Notes: generated by a model from the sequence alone, not told the origin. 64,000 nt of DNA from Camelus ferus (GCF_009834535.1 NC_045697.1:80726001-80790000); one strand, 5' to 3'; counted from the stretch's first letter, positions 1 to 13,734 are shown. Numbers and translations: made by a program.

Positions 1-1054
1 ATGAAAACTGGTGATTAGTACAGAAAATTGACTCTATAATTGTTCAAACATTTTGAAATGCTAAATTGTGAGTTTCCTTGGAGATATGTGTTGATTGCAT
101 AGTTGGTTATTTTGGAATGCTAATTATTTTTTCATCAAAATTATCAAAATGGACACATACATGATCTTCTATTCATCCCATCTATGTCTGTTTCTCTTTG
201 GCTTGCTCAGATTCCAAATGGAGAAGAAAGTAGAGCCCACAATATTGGCTCCTTCCCAGATTGGTTAAAGGACATACTTTATCCACATCTGACTCTTTTT
301 ACAGTCAGTGAGTTCTGAGTCAGTGCTCAGCAGCCCCTTTCTCTCACTTTTCAACTGCATTCAAAAAAGTGAAAAATAACTTCTCATAAAAAGGATGTGG
401 GTAACTGTTGACATTTGAAAAGGAATCTCAGATTTTTGCGAAGATTTTATTCTCTATGTAGAGAATTATTCACATATTTATTTAGTACAACTGAGTAACC
501 CAAGTGGTTGAACAGTAGTCACAGGGAAGATAGTAGGAGTAATTTATTGCAGAGAGAGTTTTACTCATGCTGGCTTAGAATAAAAAAGTCAATTACTTTA
601 GAATATCTGAAGAAGATACATAATATGAAATAATGTTAAAATAGGAAGACACTTATTATTCATTCTGCACATTCAGAGGTAAAGGGAATCACATTTAATT
701 CTTAACTTTGGGGGTCACTTCTGATTCCTATCTCTTTTCCTATGTTTGTCTCATTTCCATGGGAAGGGAGATGCCTTTTTGTACTTGGTAAGATTGGATA
801 AAAGGACATTTTTCCAGCGTAGCCTTAGATCCTGATTCTTACTCTATATAGAGTACAGGTAAAACATAACCATTTCTCTGCTCCTTTTCCTATAAGCCGT
901 GCACTAGAATGAAGCAAGATTCAGTGGCTGAGTGGGAGGGGCAGGAATTGTGATGCTGCTCTGTGCCCCACTGGAGTAGGCTGTGGGTCCCCAGGTATAT
1001 AGGTAAAGCAATCCAATTCAGAAAGACAGGTCAAAAACCAGGTATGTGTCAGCC

Positions 1055-1320
1055 TAGGGCCTCTGCTTTCACTGTTCCCTCTACCTGGAATGCTATTTCA
1101 TGCCTTTGCTCAAATGTCCCTTTTATAAGAGACCTTTCAAACCTCCCTACTTAAGATAGCAAAATACCCATTCCTGGATATGCCATATAGTTTATTATTT
1201 CTCATTGTCTGTCTCTTCCCTAGAATGTAAGCTCTGTAAGAATGTAAGTTAACTGCTCGACTCTCAGTGCTTAGGATAGTTCCTGGCATATCTCTGTAAG
1301 TACTTTTTGACTAAATGAAT
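1055..1320 (+). mobile_element. L2 LINE 3' end fragment
   Basis: Contains CTGTTCCCTCTACCTGGAATGCT, TGTCTGTCTCTTCCCTAGAATGTAAGCTC and CAGTGCTTAGGATAGTTCCTGGCATA, and ends in AAATGAAT, as in the L2 3' end. Confidence 0.75.
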
Positions 1321-2239
1321 CAAAGTGTTCCATTTTGGTCTTTCAGTCAAGCTGTGTTCTCAAAGTTAGTTTTACCAAAAAACTGTATACTTTGGAAAAT
1401 AAAGTTAACACCACATTCTAGTTCCTATACAGCTCCTGTGTGTATTTCTTAGTGTGTTAACCCCTTTGGTGAGAAGGATTGTGATTGATGAATGCCCCTG
1501 GACCCAGAGAATAATACCTGAAAATAACAGACTGTATCAGCCAAAGCTGGCACATATGGTTGGGGAGAGGGTGGATGGGAAGACTGAATGTAGAGATTTG
1601 GTAGACTCACTTTCAATATTTGGCTTTGATAATTATAAATACTATATACATGCTATCTATATAATATATGTAATTATGTGTCTATGGCAGCTATCTCAGA
1701 GATAAGGGATTATGAGTTTCCATCTTAACTATATTTTTGAGGAGTTTACTTCAGATTTTCTGAAATGAATTCGTGTGATTTATACACTACACAGGGAATA
1801 ATAAACCCCATTGAAAAATAATTCTAAAGCAAAGGGAAGGAACTTCCTTTGGTAATAATATGTTCCACTTAGTGTGCTGAAGAGAACTTTCTGTTCTCCG
1901 TCTGCTTGATAGCAGTCTTGCCTGAATACTAATACACACAAAACACCTGCACTTCTAGACTGGAAACAAATTCCAATAGTTCCCGTGTTCACACAGTGCA
2001 TTTTCTCAGAATAATGCTTTTATCATAACAGTAATTTACTATTTTCAAGAATAAGATCACCTTCTAATGGGAGTGGCTTGTCTTCTAATTAAAATGACTG
2101 GCAGGTTGCAGACACATAGTTCATTTTTGAAAGGATTTGAATTGAATTTAGACTCTAACCAGATTCTGCAAGAGGTTTTATTAGCTCAGTATTATACAGT
2201 GCCAAGCCTTTTGCACTTATTCCCAAGAAAACACATTTA

Positions 2240-2360
2240 TTAATTCATTAAAAAATTATTGATCACCTACTATGTTTCAGGCACTAGCTTAAGCACCACC
2301 AATGTGAGGTTGATTTCAAACAGACATGATTCTTGACAGATTTTACTGTTCTCTAGGGAG
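2240..2360 (-). mobile_element. L2 LINE 3' end fragment
   Basis: ATTCATT...TATTGATCACCTACTATGTTTCAGGCACT is the reverse complement of the L2 tail. Confidence 0.65.
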
Positions 2361-3482
2361 CCTGCTTAATTCCCAGGTAGCCTTTCTCTTCTACCTGTGC
2401 TATAAATTTAATAGCCTTTCTTTAGTCTCAAAAGTGCTTGTGAAATCTCTATAACTTTCATAGTTCTCATGTAGTATTTTTGTTCTGTAGATTTTGTTTT
2501 TGAGCAGATATGGCAATTTCAGCTGATTTCTAATGACTTTTTCAAAAAGGATTTTCTCTATAATGTAAAGAATATACATGGTCTTTGAATTATGTAAGGA
2601 AAAGATAGTTACTTTCTGCTGTTATTTTATGCTAGAACTTAAGTGCTAGTATACTTAAAACACAGGTATACATACATATATTGCTTTCAAACTGGGGGTC
2701 TTATATTTTCACTTACCCATACATGTAAGTGTTATGCTTCACTCCTTATCTGAAATTTCCTCCACCTCATTCCATTGACTGTCTCTAAATCTTCTTTCAG
2801 ATCTCCCCTGTTCAGTCCATTTCAAGCAAGTTTGTGTCTCTTCTGAGGCCCTAAAACATGTATGTTGTGTACCATATGGTCATTTGACACTTAGAGTGGG
2901 AAGAAACTATTGTCTATCACTGTTATTCACAGTTGCCATCTTTTTGTTGTGCAGCTATGCATGCTATTTTTAATATGTTCAGCAAGAAAAAGTATCTGGC
3001 ACTTTTAAAAGTAGAAATAAACTTAGATGAATCTATATAATTTGATAAGAAGTTAAATCTACTGAATTTTAAATCCTTGAAATGTGAGCAAAATCTGTTG
3101 TTGATTAGAAAAAGATAGTCATAAATGAATATGCCAAGCATAGCCATCATTTTTGCTGTTCCTTATTTTCCCTGATTATATGAGGGGATAGTTGCAAATG
3201 GTCAGCTTCTTCCTCTTGCAGAAACGTAGCTAAAGCACTTGCAAAAACAGAGCCTAGTTTGGCTGTAAGAAACTTAAGTTTCAGTAGAATTGTTAGCTTA
3301 TGTGGCCCTGATAGTTGAGACTGTTCCAAAGGAGGCTTCAGGCACCCAGATGAGTTTCATGTTTTCTCTCAATAGGATTAGAATAACCTATTGAAAGTGG
3401 TTAAGCACTGATAATGGTTAATTTTACTGTGATGATGCCTCACCATACATAGAGTAATAAAGACTGACTCCCTTTTTTGAAA

Positions 3483-3860
3483 TGTTACTGTTGACAGCTT
3501 TTAAGCCCACCGTATCTTTTCCTCTGTGCCCCAGCTCTGGGCAAGCTGATAAGGAAGCCCAGGTGCTCCCTCCTTTGTTCCTGTTGATTCAAACCATAGA
3601 AGCTCCTGCCCATATACGGGAAGGCACCCGGCCCCACTCCCCAATTGCGTTAAAACCCCCAACCCTCCCTGTTTCTTTCTGCTCTCACAAGCCATTTCAG
3701 GCTTACTTGGGAAGCCCACCCTGCTCTGCTCAGAAAAGCCTTAATTATGTAACTAACAAACCACTTCATACCCTCCTGATGTGTGTGATGTCGTTGGCCT
3801 TGACATGAACCAAATTTTGGGTGAGGGGGCTATCTGCTTTTAAAGCAGGATAGCCACAAA
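3483..3860 (+). mobile_element. Solo LTR, ERVL-type (MER54/MER73/MER74-like)
   Basis: Locally GC-richer block with CTGGGCAAGCTGATAAGGAAGCCCAGGTGCTCCCTCCTTTG, recalled from this LTR group; family uncertain. Confidence 0.55.
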
Positions 3861-4309
3861 AGCCAGTGTTTGAATTATAAAATCTTGCCATAGATTATGT
3901 TTATTTAAAATGATTGGCCATAATGTTTTGCTATTTTTTTTTAAAATACAGGTTGTTAGCTTACAGTGGCTCTTACTTATCTAAAAATGTGAGGAAACTT
4001 GGACGCACGGTCATATAGCTATAGCGTAAAGCCATAACTGCTCATCTGGTGACTGATTCTTGAATTAAAATTGTAAGCCTAAAAAGAAATAAACAGGTGT
4101 ATTCATACATGCTCACCTCAGACACCTGAACCAAACTCCAAGGGGCTTGAAGTACCATTCTTAGAACCCTGTAAATATTAGGACTGGAAGTTAGAGAACT
4201 TGTCATAGCTCTTGTTAATGGCTTGTGTTGTTAAAAGTTATACGTAACCTAATCAACCTGGTAATCCTTGAAGGCAGGGGCTCCTGCCAATTTAACTTCC
4301 AAATAACCT

Positions 4310-4540
4310 AGTAATAGTAGTTCTACTACTAGCTAACTTACCTATTTACTATTATGTTCCAAGCACATTGATGAACTCTTTTCATCTATTAGCATGTGTA
4401 ATTCTCCAAAAGCCCCATTAGGTAGGTTTTAGAGCTATGCCTCTTGAGCAGATGGTATTTGTATCAGATAATCCCCAGTCCGGGGTCACACCGCTGGTGT
4501 GTCAGGCCTGCTTGGCTCCAGAAGCTCCTCTCTATTGACT
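4310..4540 (-). mobile_element. MIR SINE, degraded
   Basis: AATAGTAG...TAGCTAAC...TATGTTCCAAGCAC...CCCCATTAGGTAGGT follows the MIR antisense pattern. Confidence 0.55.
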
Positions 4541-4799
4541 TCCTTGTGCATCGATCTCAGTCTCTTGTGTGGACTCTACTCTGGATATGGCTAAAACTTA
4601 CTGAATAATTATAATTAATTTTGTATGGAACATGCTTATGGGAAAAGAGTGTTGAATAGGTTGTTTGCACACACAGCTTTGAATTTCCACCATGCTACCT
4701 ATCAGTTGTATTGATGTTGGAAAATTGTGTGATTGTCTGGAAAAAGTATCCTTCTAGAGACTTTATTTATTTATAAATATTACAGGGTTGGATTAGGTC

Positions 4800-4930
4800 T
4801 AGGGTTCTTATCCTGGGATTTGGAGAACCCTGAGATTGTATGCAAACGTTATTTTTATGTGTGCTTATGCGTTTTTCTAGGAACAGTATTTGTAACATAT
4901 CTTTCTCAAAGGATTTCATAAAAAATCTAT
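4800..4930. mobile_element. hAT-Charlie MITE (MER112-like)
   Basis: GGTTCTTATCCTGGG...GAACCCTGAGATTGTATGCAAA...TTTTTCTAGG...TCTCAAAGG resembles recalled MER112. Confidence 0.45.
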
Positions 4931-5929
4931 AACTGGATTATTAAATTCACTTATAGTTATAAAAATATTATGACTCCATCCAGCTTGAGGATGACAGAGA
5001 AAGAATAGAAAGGATAAGGAAATGACGAAGAAAGGATTAGATTCTATGCTTTTATTTAAACGTTTGGTGAATTTTTTTCCTAAACCTGGTATTTAAAATA
5101 AATACAAACCTGTAGAGCTTTCTTTTTTTTTTTACGAAGCCCAAATCTACCTCTTTATATATAAGTGGGAAAAATAATAAATCTGGTTTGATCAAGATAC
5201 AAACAGAGAGATCTTAATGGTGTTGTTATGAAATATAATCCATTTTAGGAGAAAAAAATGAATCCCATAACCATTACATGCTTGAGTAAACTTATAAATG
5301 CCTTTGGTTTGGAAAATAAAAATGGAGGATTGTCTATTGCATTGCACTAGCTACCCTTGGATTTTGTACCCACTTGACTTTAGAGCTGATAAATCCAATT
5401 ATTAAAAAGTCATTTTCTTTTCTCTTTCAAATAAATAACTAAAAACCCTGAACCTTCTGATTATGTGAAGCTGTGGAATTTCAGGAGAAGTGAAGAGCTT
5501 ATTATCTTTCAATTCCTCATACTTAAAAATAATGATATCCTAGGGGGGTAATAACATAGTACGTGTATCCTGATCACATAACAAGATGTCCACCACACTG
5601 AGTACAGCAGGGAAGGTGCTATTTAAACTAATCTCCTTGATTGCTTTTCAAGGTACAGAAAGTTTCAATGAGAGAGCATCTCCTTCTCATTAGGAATTTT
5701 TCTATCTTCACAATTATATGGAAAAAAGTCTTAGAGATCATAGGTAACACACAATATCATTGTCTGGATTTGTTAATTATGCATGGCTTCTGCCCATGAA
5801 ATATACTTATTGCCATTAGACTGTAGTCATGTTTGAAAAAAAGGAGTTTGTCAAAAGGATTATGATCAGTATTCCAATTAGTTTAAAGAAGTTAAAGCAA
5901 ATTTTCAAAAAATAGGTGTTCATTTCTAT

Positions 5930-6300
5930 CATCACCCATTCACTTTAAGATCTTTTTGCAATTTGGCTTCTCCATCTCTAGCACCCAGTCTTCATTCCCT
6001 CTTTCTCTCTCCAAGCCTGTTTTTCCTCATTGCTCATCAGATAATCTTGTCACCAGTTTTAATGTTTATTTCTGAGTGACTGACTTCCGTATCTACTCAG
6101 AAGACACTACTGATCTCCATCGCTTTTTTTTTTTTTTAAATAACTGTGTCTTTCTCTTACTTTCTGTGATTATTTTTATTCCTCTGGTTCTTCTCTACCT
6201 TCCTCATCTTTTCCTTCTACCCTCTAAAAATAAGTTTTCACAAAGGTAATATTTTCAGTCCTCCTTTCATTCTCTCACTTTTTCTTGAGTGATCTCATGT
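5930..6300 (+). mobile_element. L2 LINE internal fragment
   Basis: Pyrimidine-rich L2 motifs CTCTGGTTCTTCTCTACCT and TCTTGAGTGATCTCAT. Confidence 0.5.
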
Positions 6301-6409
6301 TAAGGGTAGATTCTAAGTGGAACACAATTAATTAACTTTTTTTATTTACTAAAACCATAAAATATTATAATTGAAGGGAAATTGAATGGAAATATTATGG
6401 TGGTTATTG

Positions 6410-6540
6410 AATAAATAGATCTAAGACAGTGAAGCAACTTGCCTAAAGTGCACTAGTGAAAAGGGGTAGGAAAAGGGGAAATGAGACTCAGATCCAGGAA
6501 TTCTGATTCTGAATGCAAACTTTGTTCCATTATACTAGGA
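6410..6540 (-). mobile_element. MIR SINE
   Basis: GTGAAGCAACTTGCCTAAAG...CAGGAATTCTGATTCTGAA...TTCCATTATAC is the antisense MIR core and head. Confidence 0.6.
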
Positions 6541-6804
6541 GCCAGGAGGTCACAGCTCAGAGAAGTAGCAATGGAGAAAGAAGCCAAACACAGTCATAGG
6601 TGAAGCTACTCAACACACTTTAGCTGAAAGCAATTAGATAGAAGAGAGGTGGCTTTCAGTGACAATTTGTCTAGATGATGATTTGTCTTTTGTAATGAAT
6701 ATTCTGTCACTGGTTTGTTTGTTTTCCCTTCCATATTGGCATTTGTTGTGGCCCCATTACTCTTGGTTTCTTGAAATACTCTAGAGGTCTTCCAAAACAT
6801 TTCC

Positions 6805-6838
<34 letters not shown>

Positions 6839-6951
6839 AATTTAAGCTTGTTTAAATGTCTGAGCTACTTGCAACAGAGGAAACTTGCCAAAGATATCTG
6901 TATTTGGGGTTTAGTAGAATATATAGCTTACTATCTCCTCACTAGTGTGAC

Positions 6952-7535
6952 CATTACTGAACCAGGTTCATTTTGCCCAATACACAGCAAACCAAAATGC
7001 TGGGACACCGAGGTTTGCAGCAGAGAGGATTTCTTCACAAGGTAGCCAAGTGAGGAGACAGTTGGACAAGTTTCAGATCTGCCTCCCCAAACAAAAGGGG
7101 CTCTGGGTATTTATGGGATAAAGAATAAAGAAACAGGGCTGTCTGAGAGTGGGAAGCACCCAAAAGGTGATTGGAAAAATGTTCTATGTAAGGGTAACTA
7201 AACTACAAACCTCCACACGTTCAAAAATGGAGGCGCTTAGCACAGTCTGAGGTTGGAGTTTTCTGTCCTCTGATTGACAGAAGGTTATGGAGTGGACACT
7301 CACATGTGCCCAGTTGGAGAGTGGGTAGTACTATCTAATCTTAACAGGCTCAGCTGCAACTAGATACAGCTCACTCCAAGTTCTTGGAAGACAACCCTGG
7401 CAAACATCTTATTGTTTAGACTATGTGCCACTTGAGGGACATGCAAGCCTGTTATAGCAACAATGAAAACAACCTTGATTAGTGAAGGCAGGTTGCAGGT
7501 GAAATGGATTTAACTAATAATTACCCAAGGTTTTG
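6952..7535 (-). mobile_element. Solo LTR, ERV1-like
   Basis: TTACTGAACCAGGTTC...GGACACCGAGGTTTGCAGCAGAGAGG...CAAGTGAGGAGAC...TCTGCCTCCCC...GGTATTTATGG (TATA-like CATAAATA on minus). Imperfect 4-bp flanks TGAC (6948-6951) / TAAC (7536-7539). Confidence 0.65.
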
Positions 7536-7599
7536 TAACTTGGGTGTCTTCCAGTGGGACCACTAAATAAGTACAATCTCTTACCCATCTGCTAGGCTG

Positions 7600-7930
7600 C
7601 TTCACAAGTTTCCATTTGGTTGTTGTACATGCTGTTACATTACCTAAAATTCCCTTTCCCAAATATTCACATTCCCACTTTCTTTATTAAAAAGTCACTT
7701 TCTTTTTAAGAAGCCTTCCTTGACCATCTTTGTAAAATTTCAGCCCCCAGCCTTTCATATCCTTTTCTGTTTTTTTCTCTACATAGTATGTATTGCTGTC
7801 TAACATACTATGTATTTTACTTATTTTGCTTATCACCTTTCCTCCTATTTCCTGTGTGCTCCCTGAAGGCAGAGTTACTATCTGTTTTGCTCACTCTTCT
7901 GTCTTCCTGGATTTTGGCAGGTGCTTGTCA
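7600..7930 (+). mobile_element. L2 LINE 3' fragment
   Basis: AAGCCTTCCTTGACC...GCTCCCTGAAGGCAGAG...TGTTTTGCTCACT...GGTGCTT. Confidence 0.65.
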
Positions 7931-8169
7931 CAGATATTACTGTGTTCCACACAGGAACCTTGTTTACAGCAGTGAGATCAAATGAAGAAAATATGCTTCT
8001 AGAGCAGAATGAAAGAAATTCAATTTCTTTATCAAAAAAGAAGATGTCAACGTTGGAAGAAAGAACATGTATATAATGTGAAATAGTCAAATCCTGTCTT
8101 CCACATCAAAAGTCACTCTTTACTGACAGCCTTTGCTCTTGGGGTCCTGATTAGCAATCCTGTCCTTAC

Positions 8170-8260
8170 CTTCAGTTGTCATTTCAAAACACGGAACACC
8201 TGAGATTGTGTCTGGTTTTTGTTAGGAAACACATGCTCCTGTCAGTGCTGCCGAAGTCCA
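8170..8260 (-). other. Candidate exon with strong 5' splice donor (possible first exon encoding MTTE, phase 1)
   Basis: Minus strand reads GAAATG ACA ACT GAA G|GTAAGG (ATG 8182-8180, intron begins 8169) in repeat-free sequence; upstream boundary unknown. Confidence 0.25.
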
Positions 8261-8699
8261 GAAAAGTATCAAGGAAACAATGATTTCCTATTCCTTTTTA
8301 TGTTTTTTTTCTTAAACAAAATACAAGTAACAAAGAAAGTGTGGGTTGTTTTCAGAATTCATTATTCAGGCATAAAGCAGTTCAGATGTCAGGAAGCCGG
8401 CATGAATCCTCCATTCTTGCCCTCGGAACAGGGTTGGAGGACAAGGTCAGCTGGCAACTTTACCTCCTTTTTCTCATAAATGTTCTAATTCCTCTTAAGA
8501 GAAAATTAAAAAAAAAAAAAAGACTCCTTTCATTGCAATGTAAAAAGTGAAAATTTTCAAAGAAGAAGGACCATTGAGACTGACTCAGTTCACCTAAATC
8601 TAAACCAGAACTTGTAAAAGTAGATTTTGATCTCAGAAAAGGCAGAAAGTTTTGTGGTGTTCTTATATTTTTGAACTACATACCTTCTTTTCTTTGCTT

Positions 8700-8925
8700 G
8701 GCGTAGTAAAAAAAGAACGTAAACTTTGAAGGCAGACAGACTGAGATTTTGATCTCAACTTCAGAGTTAATAGCTCTGTCACCTGGGGCAAATAATTATA
8801 CCTGTTTAATATGTTTCCTACCCTGTAATTTTCTTAGCATATTTATTAGGACTGTTGTATTAAATGAAATAATTGATATGATATACATGGTATAATGCAG
8901 GCAAATAGATACATAAATTATTTCC
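8700..8925 (+). mobile_element. MIR SINE
   Basis: ACTTTGAAGGCAGACAGACTG...TAGCTCTGTCACCTGGGGCAAAT...TTAAATGAAATAA. Confidence 0.7.
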
Positions 8926-10039
8926 TTCCCCTAACACACACACAGGCATGCATATCCATTTTTCTTACAATGTTAATTTATTTAACATTATTTATTTAGT
9001 GTTAATTTATTTCACTTAATTACTAATTTAAAGAAAAGAATGTCAAGGAATTTAATTTTTGACTATGTTCTAGTCCTGTCCTATTTATTTAATGTAGGTA
9101 TTTTGGCAGTTTGCTGACAATAGCAAAAAGCAACTCTGATGTATTTTTAAAAGGGGTAAAGTTGCAGAGACTGTGGTCAGAAAACTGGGTCAGAATTCCT
9201 AGATTTATTTTCTGTGGCTAATGTTGAGGTTGTACTGTGAATTTCTATAACACTGGTGCTCTTCCAAGACATTATTGTCTCAGAAAGTCAAATTTAATAT
9301 GCTTGAAAATATTATCCTTGGGATTACTACAGTACTTTTTAGGGTAAATTACTGAGTTATCATTTTTCATTTTGGGTGAAAATGTTGTGTTTCATTTATT
9401 ATAGTTTTTCATATCAAAAGAATTTAAACTGCCTGAAGATCTGTTCTTGCTTTCTGTTCTCTGCATTTTCTGCAAGTGAGAAAATGTAATTGCAGTTAAG
9501 CCTAAATCATCTGAACATAAGTCTTAGACAGTCCGTTATGGGACTTCTGATTAAAACAGATGACAGAGGCTAAATTGTATATAGATGTCTTTTGCTTAAT
9601 GCATTAATTATTTTTACATATTCTTATAATTATTTAATAAGTATTTGGCAACTATAAAAATATATCATCTCTTCTATATATATGTTCATTTATGTAAATC
9701 TTTGGTCATGTTACATAACTCCAAATTTTATTACAAATACATAGCATCAAGACCCAACAGGTATCATGCTGAAGAATGTTTTCTTTATTAAAGCACTAAA
9801 GTATTTCCTTAATCTTGCTTGAAAGGACTAAGTTTTAGGTATTAGTATCCTTGTCAAACTGTCAAGCAGTTACCAAAACAGGAATCAAAAGATTATTGAG
9901 GCAGAGACAAAGTAAAATCTTTAAATGTTTATTAGTTACAAGTAAAAGATCCAAAGGGCTTGTTTCAAATAACATTTTGTAGCTTTACTTATTTTCTTTA
10001 ACCTGAAAAATGTCTTGGAGATCTTCTAGTTCAACACCA

Positions 10040-10520
10040 ACACGCCCTCCACCACCATCCTGCACCTTCCCTCTGCAGGAGCATGGTGTCCCACACCGGT
10101 GCCCCTAGGATCCCACATTCTAGCTCTGTGCACTCATCCCCCACCTTCTGAGTGCTTTCTTGTGACCTTTGGAGGGTTGCAGTGGCATCTTCTCACCTGT
10201 AGAAGTTGCTGGATGTACAGAGAGTTCTTGGGACGTGCTCTATTTCCGAAGCCCCCAAAGTCAATGACTGGTGCAGGAGTTCAAAAGCCCAGCTGCTTTT
10301 CATGCATAGTGTGATCTTACTATAGGTGTAATTTACACCTCAAAGCTCCTCTTGGTATCAAACCAATTATTCTGAAAATTCACCTGTGCTTGGTTTGTCT
10401 CATTTCCCTTATTCTTCTCTCCTCACAGCCTTTCTGATTACTCCTGGAAGCATGTATATTATATTCTTTCATTGGAATCCTTGTCTTGGGTTGACTTTTG
10501 GAAGAACTGGCCCTGTGACA
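10040..10520 (+). mobile_element. Solo LTR, LTR16-like (ERVL)
   Basis: AAAAGCCCAGCT, GGTGTAATTTACACCTCAAAGCTCC, and 3' end ATCCTTGTCTTGGGTTGACTTTTGGAAGAACTGGCCCTGTGACA. Confidence 0.7.
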
Positions 10521-10657
10521 CTTCCTACAGCATTTTATAAAGAAATATATTAGACCTAAGCAGGTTAAGTGCCTAGATGCACTCATGAAATTTGCAAAGT
10601 GAGAGAGAGCAGAGGGTGCATGTACTCAGTGCTTAAAAGGCGGCTCAGTCCTTAGAG

Positions 10658-10839
10658 CAGAGATTTTAATTGCGGATGCCCATTAGCATCGCATAGGGAG
10701 CTTTTTAAAAAAAAAACACTATGCAAAAGCCACATTCTATACATATTAAGTAAGAACGGCTCTAGGGGTGGGGGCATGGCAGCAATATTTTTAAAGTCCC
10801 CAGGTGAGTCTAGTGTGCAGCCAGCATTGAAAACCCCTG
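10658..10839. mobile_element. MER5-family hAT-Charlie MITE
   Basis: CATTAGCATCGCATAGGGAGCTTTTTAAAA...CTCTAGGGGTGGGG...CCCCAGGTGAGTCTAGTGTGCAGCCAGCATTGAAAACCCCTG. Confidence 0.8.
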
Positions 10840-11254
10840 CTATGGAGTTAAAACACATGGTAGTATTTTTAACGTAAGTGGTGAAATAGAAGTAGAGTTG
10901 GGTAAGGAATAATAAACAAGGTGAATGTGAATTTGGCAGTGTTAGAGTATTTCTGTTTATTCTTTCTGATCTGATAGGGAAACAGGAACAGATACGTCTT
11001 TTAAAACAAAGTTTACAATTTTGCATGGCATGAATAAATGAGTACAGCAGGCAAGACTACTCTTTTTTACAAAACTTTCCTTTATTGCTTGATATTGAAC
11101 ATGTAGAAAGTCTATGTTTCCACCATATGCTCCTCCCCTCTCTCACGCCCACCTTATTTTGAAATACATAGCCATCTCTGCTGATCTTTTTTTTTTTTCC
11201 TATTTTTGACAGAATATCGACATCAGAACATTTTTTAAATGTTCATCTGTAAAA

Positions 11255-11570
11255 CCATTAGGCAACAGACACTTGTCCTCAGGCCAGCAGAAGCAATAGG
11301 AAGACAGAAATGCCCTAAAACCATGAGGACAAGCTCCAGCATAGCTCCAGCTGAGTATCATCTTTTGGGAATTAAGGGCCAGTATTGCTGGAAATTTGAT
11401 TTTTTAAAAGGCCAGCTATTTAGATTTCGTGGAATTCACATATATTTAAATGTTGACAAATAATTTTATTTTAAGTTTAAGAAGCTGTGATGACCAACGT
11501 GGTCATCTGAATAACTGCAATAAATTTGTGTGATGGATTTTTCCTGCAGGTCACCAGTTTTTCACTTCCG
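11255..11570. mobile_element. MER102-like hAT-Charlie element
   Basis: GGCCAGTATTGCTGGAAATTTGATTTTTT...TTTAAATGTTGACAAATAATT...GCAGGTCACCAGTTT resembles recalled MER102. Confidence 0.55.
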
Positions 11571-13734
11571 ATTTATAGTATATTTGTAAATCTATATTTT
11601 TTGAAAATGTTAATTTAATTCAGAATTTTATTTCACATTACTTTACCACCTAATTTTCAGTGATCTGTAAATTTTATTAGCTTTATACGATTCAGTATTG
11701 CTCCTCTTCATACTAGATATTTATTTATGTATGCTTATGGGGACATCATTTGATATATACACATGAAAGTGAGTGTGCACATATATTATTAGTTTACATA
11801 AATTCAAAGATTAAATTTCCATCACAGTCTTCTGGATGGGAATATTCTAATAACACTTAAGTAGGTTCTACATAAGGTCAGACTAAAAATGTTTTAGTGG
11901 GATTGTATTTTTTTATTGAGGCCACATTTCTTATATTCTTTTCCCTTCCTGTTTCACAGAGCTTCTTGCTAATCAGTAATCTGTAGCTGTTCAATGTATA
12001 TTTGCAGAAGTGCTGTGTTTATGTGAGTTTGGGGGGTGAGAACATATAAGAGAAAGGAAAATTAGGATCTAAAATTTTAAACATCTGTAGTCCCTATAAA
12101 TCAAAATGTGAACCAAGGAGAGAGTTGTATCTCTGAAACACCTTGTCAAAGGAAAAATACAAAAAATGCTTTCTAGACTTCTAAATGTAGTCAGATCCCA
12201 GAGAAAAGGTACACAGTGAGAATCTTTAGCTGTAGAAGAAAAATGAGACAATAACTTTTCATGTCTACATATTTATCATTGCAATTAAATATCACAATAT
12301 TGGAAATTTGGAGCTCAGGGTAGAAGCAAGATAGGATGACAAATTTTTTATAAGCCTATCACATGAATAAATGGTTTACTTTGCAAGAAAAAACTTAATG
12401 TCTGAAAAGAAAAAGAATAGGAACGGGAAGGATGGAAAGGCTTGTTAAAGGCCAGCTCTTGCTTAATTAGCAATCAGAGATGGAACAACAAATATGAAGG
12501 CCTGAACAATCTTTTGTGTCCATTAATAAATGTCTGAGTGGAATGGGAACATAGAGATAATTATGGCAGGAGGTATACATCGTTATAGTAGGTGTGCTTC
12601 AAGATAGCAAGAAGAGCCCTACTGGAGAGAGGTTTATAAAATAGGTACCATAGCATTTTGAATTCTTACAAAATGTTAAATAATAATCTAATTTATGAGA
12701 TGTCACAAAGAAGTGTAGGATTTTACAAAAAGAGATGTGTAAGTGCTATGAGTTCACAGGACAAAGGAAGTTCTTGAAAAGAAGTAAGTGAGTTCTATTC
12801 CACCTCAGTTGAAGTGTTAAATATTTTTAGGTCAAACCCAGGATGCTAATCTTAATTCTCTTTTCTTTTAGTGAGTAACTTTGCTTAGGTTGATACTCAG
12901 TTCTTGTTACAGGCTATCTCTTGTCCTGTCAAGTGATTTGTAGTCTATTAAGAGTTCTGTTGTTCTCCATTTCTGTTTAAAATAGCAGGACAGGAATTTT
13001 GATTGTTGCCAGTAAACGTCTATTCATTTTCTTTTCCTTCACCTTCTTTCTTTCATTAGTTCCCCCTCTACTCATCTTCCAGAATTTTCTTACAAAATGA
13101 TGCTACTTAGGAATGAAGCCTTTGTATTCCTAACTGCTCTGGAAGAGCTGATTATTTAATCATATTACATAATTTTGGAAAATAAAAAAATAAGCATGAT
13201 TAGTCATATATTTATGCAAGTTCTTTAACATCAGATAGATTTTTAGAAAAATAAATATAAAATCATGGCTGTGTAGTATTTGAATATTAATTTAATTTAA
13301 ATTTTATACCATTTTTAACATACATATTGACCATTAGCTATACTGGGTGTAAAAGGTATTAACAATAGACTTACCTTTGCATGTTTAGAGTGTTACATAT
13401 ATTTGTATAAGACAGTTCATTTTCATTTTTTAAATAGGAAATAAAAGGTAATACCTGACCACAAATTTTTTTGGTTTTGGTTCATATAAAAACATATTAA
13501 CTGCATAAGACCTATAATTGCTATCACCGTCTTTTCCATGTTCTCTTTGTTTTTCTTGTTCTTCTCATCCTCTTCCTCCTATTTTTCTTTTCTTTTTTCA
13601 TCATTTCATTTCATAACAAGAAAGATATCATGGGGTCTACTTCCAACAATAAAAAGGATGTGCATTTGTCTGGGATATTCTCTATAAAAAAACAATATTT
13701 TACATAAAATAGTTCTACATGCATTTTAAAAATG

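Noticed and set aside
211..263. Plus-strand acceptor followed by IPNGEESRAHNIGSFPD
   Set aside because: Donor GTTAAA is poor and the peptide is not recognised
7955..8077. Purine-rich open frame after CACACAG (GTLFTAVRSNEENMLLEQNERN...)
   Set aside because: Weak acceptor, no convincing donor, peptide not recognised
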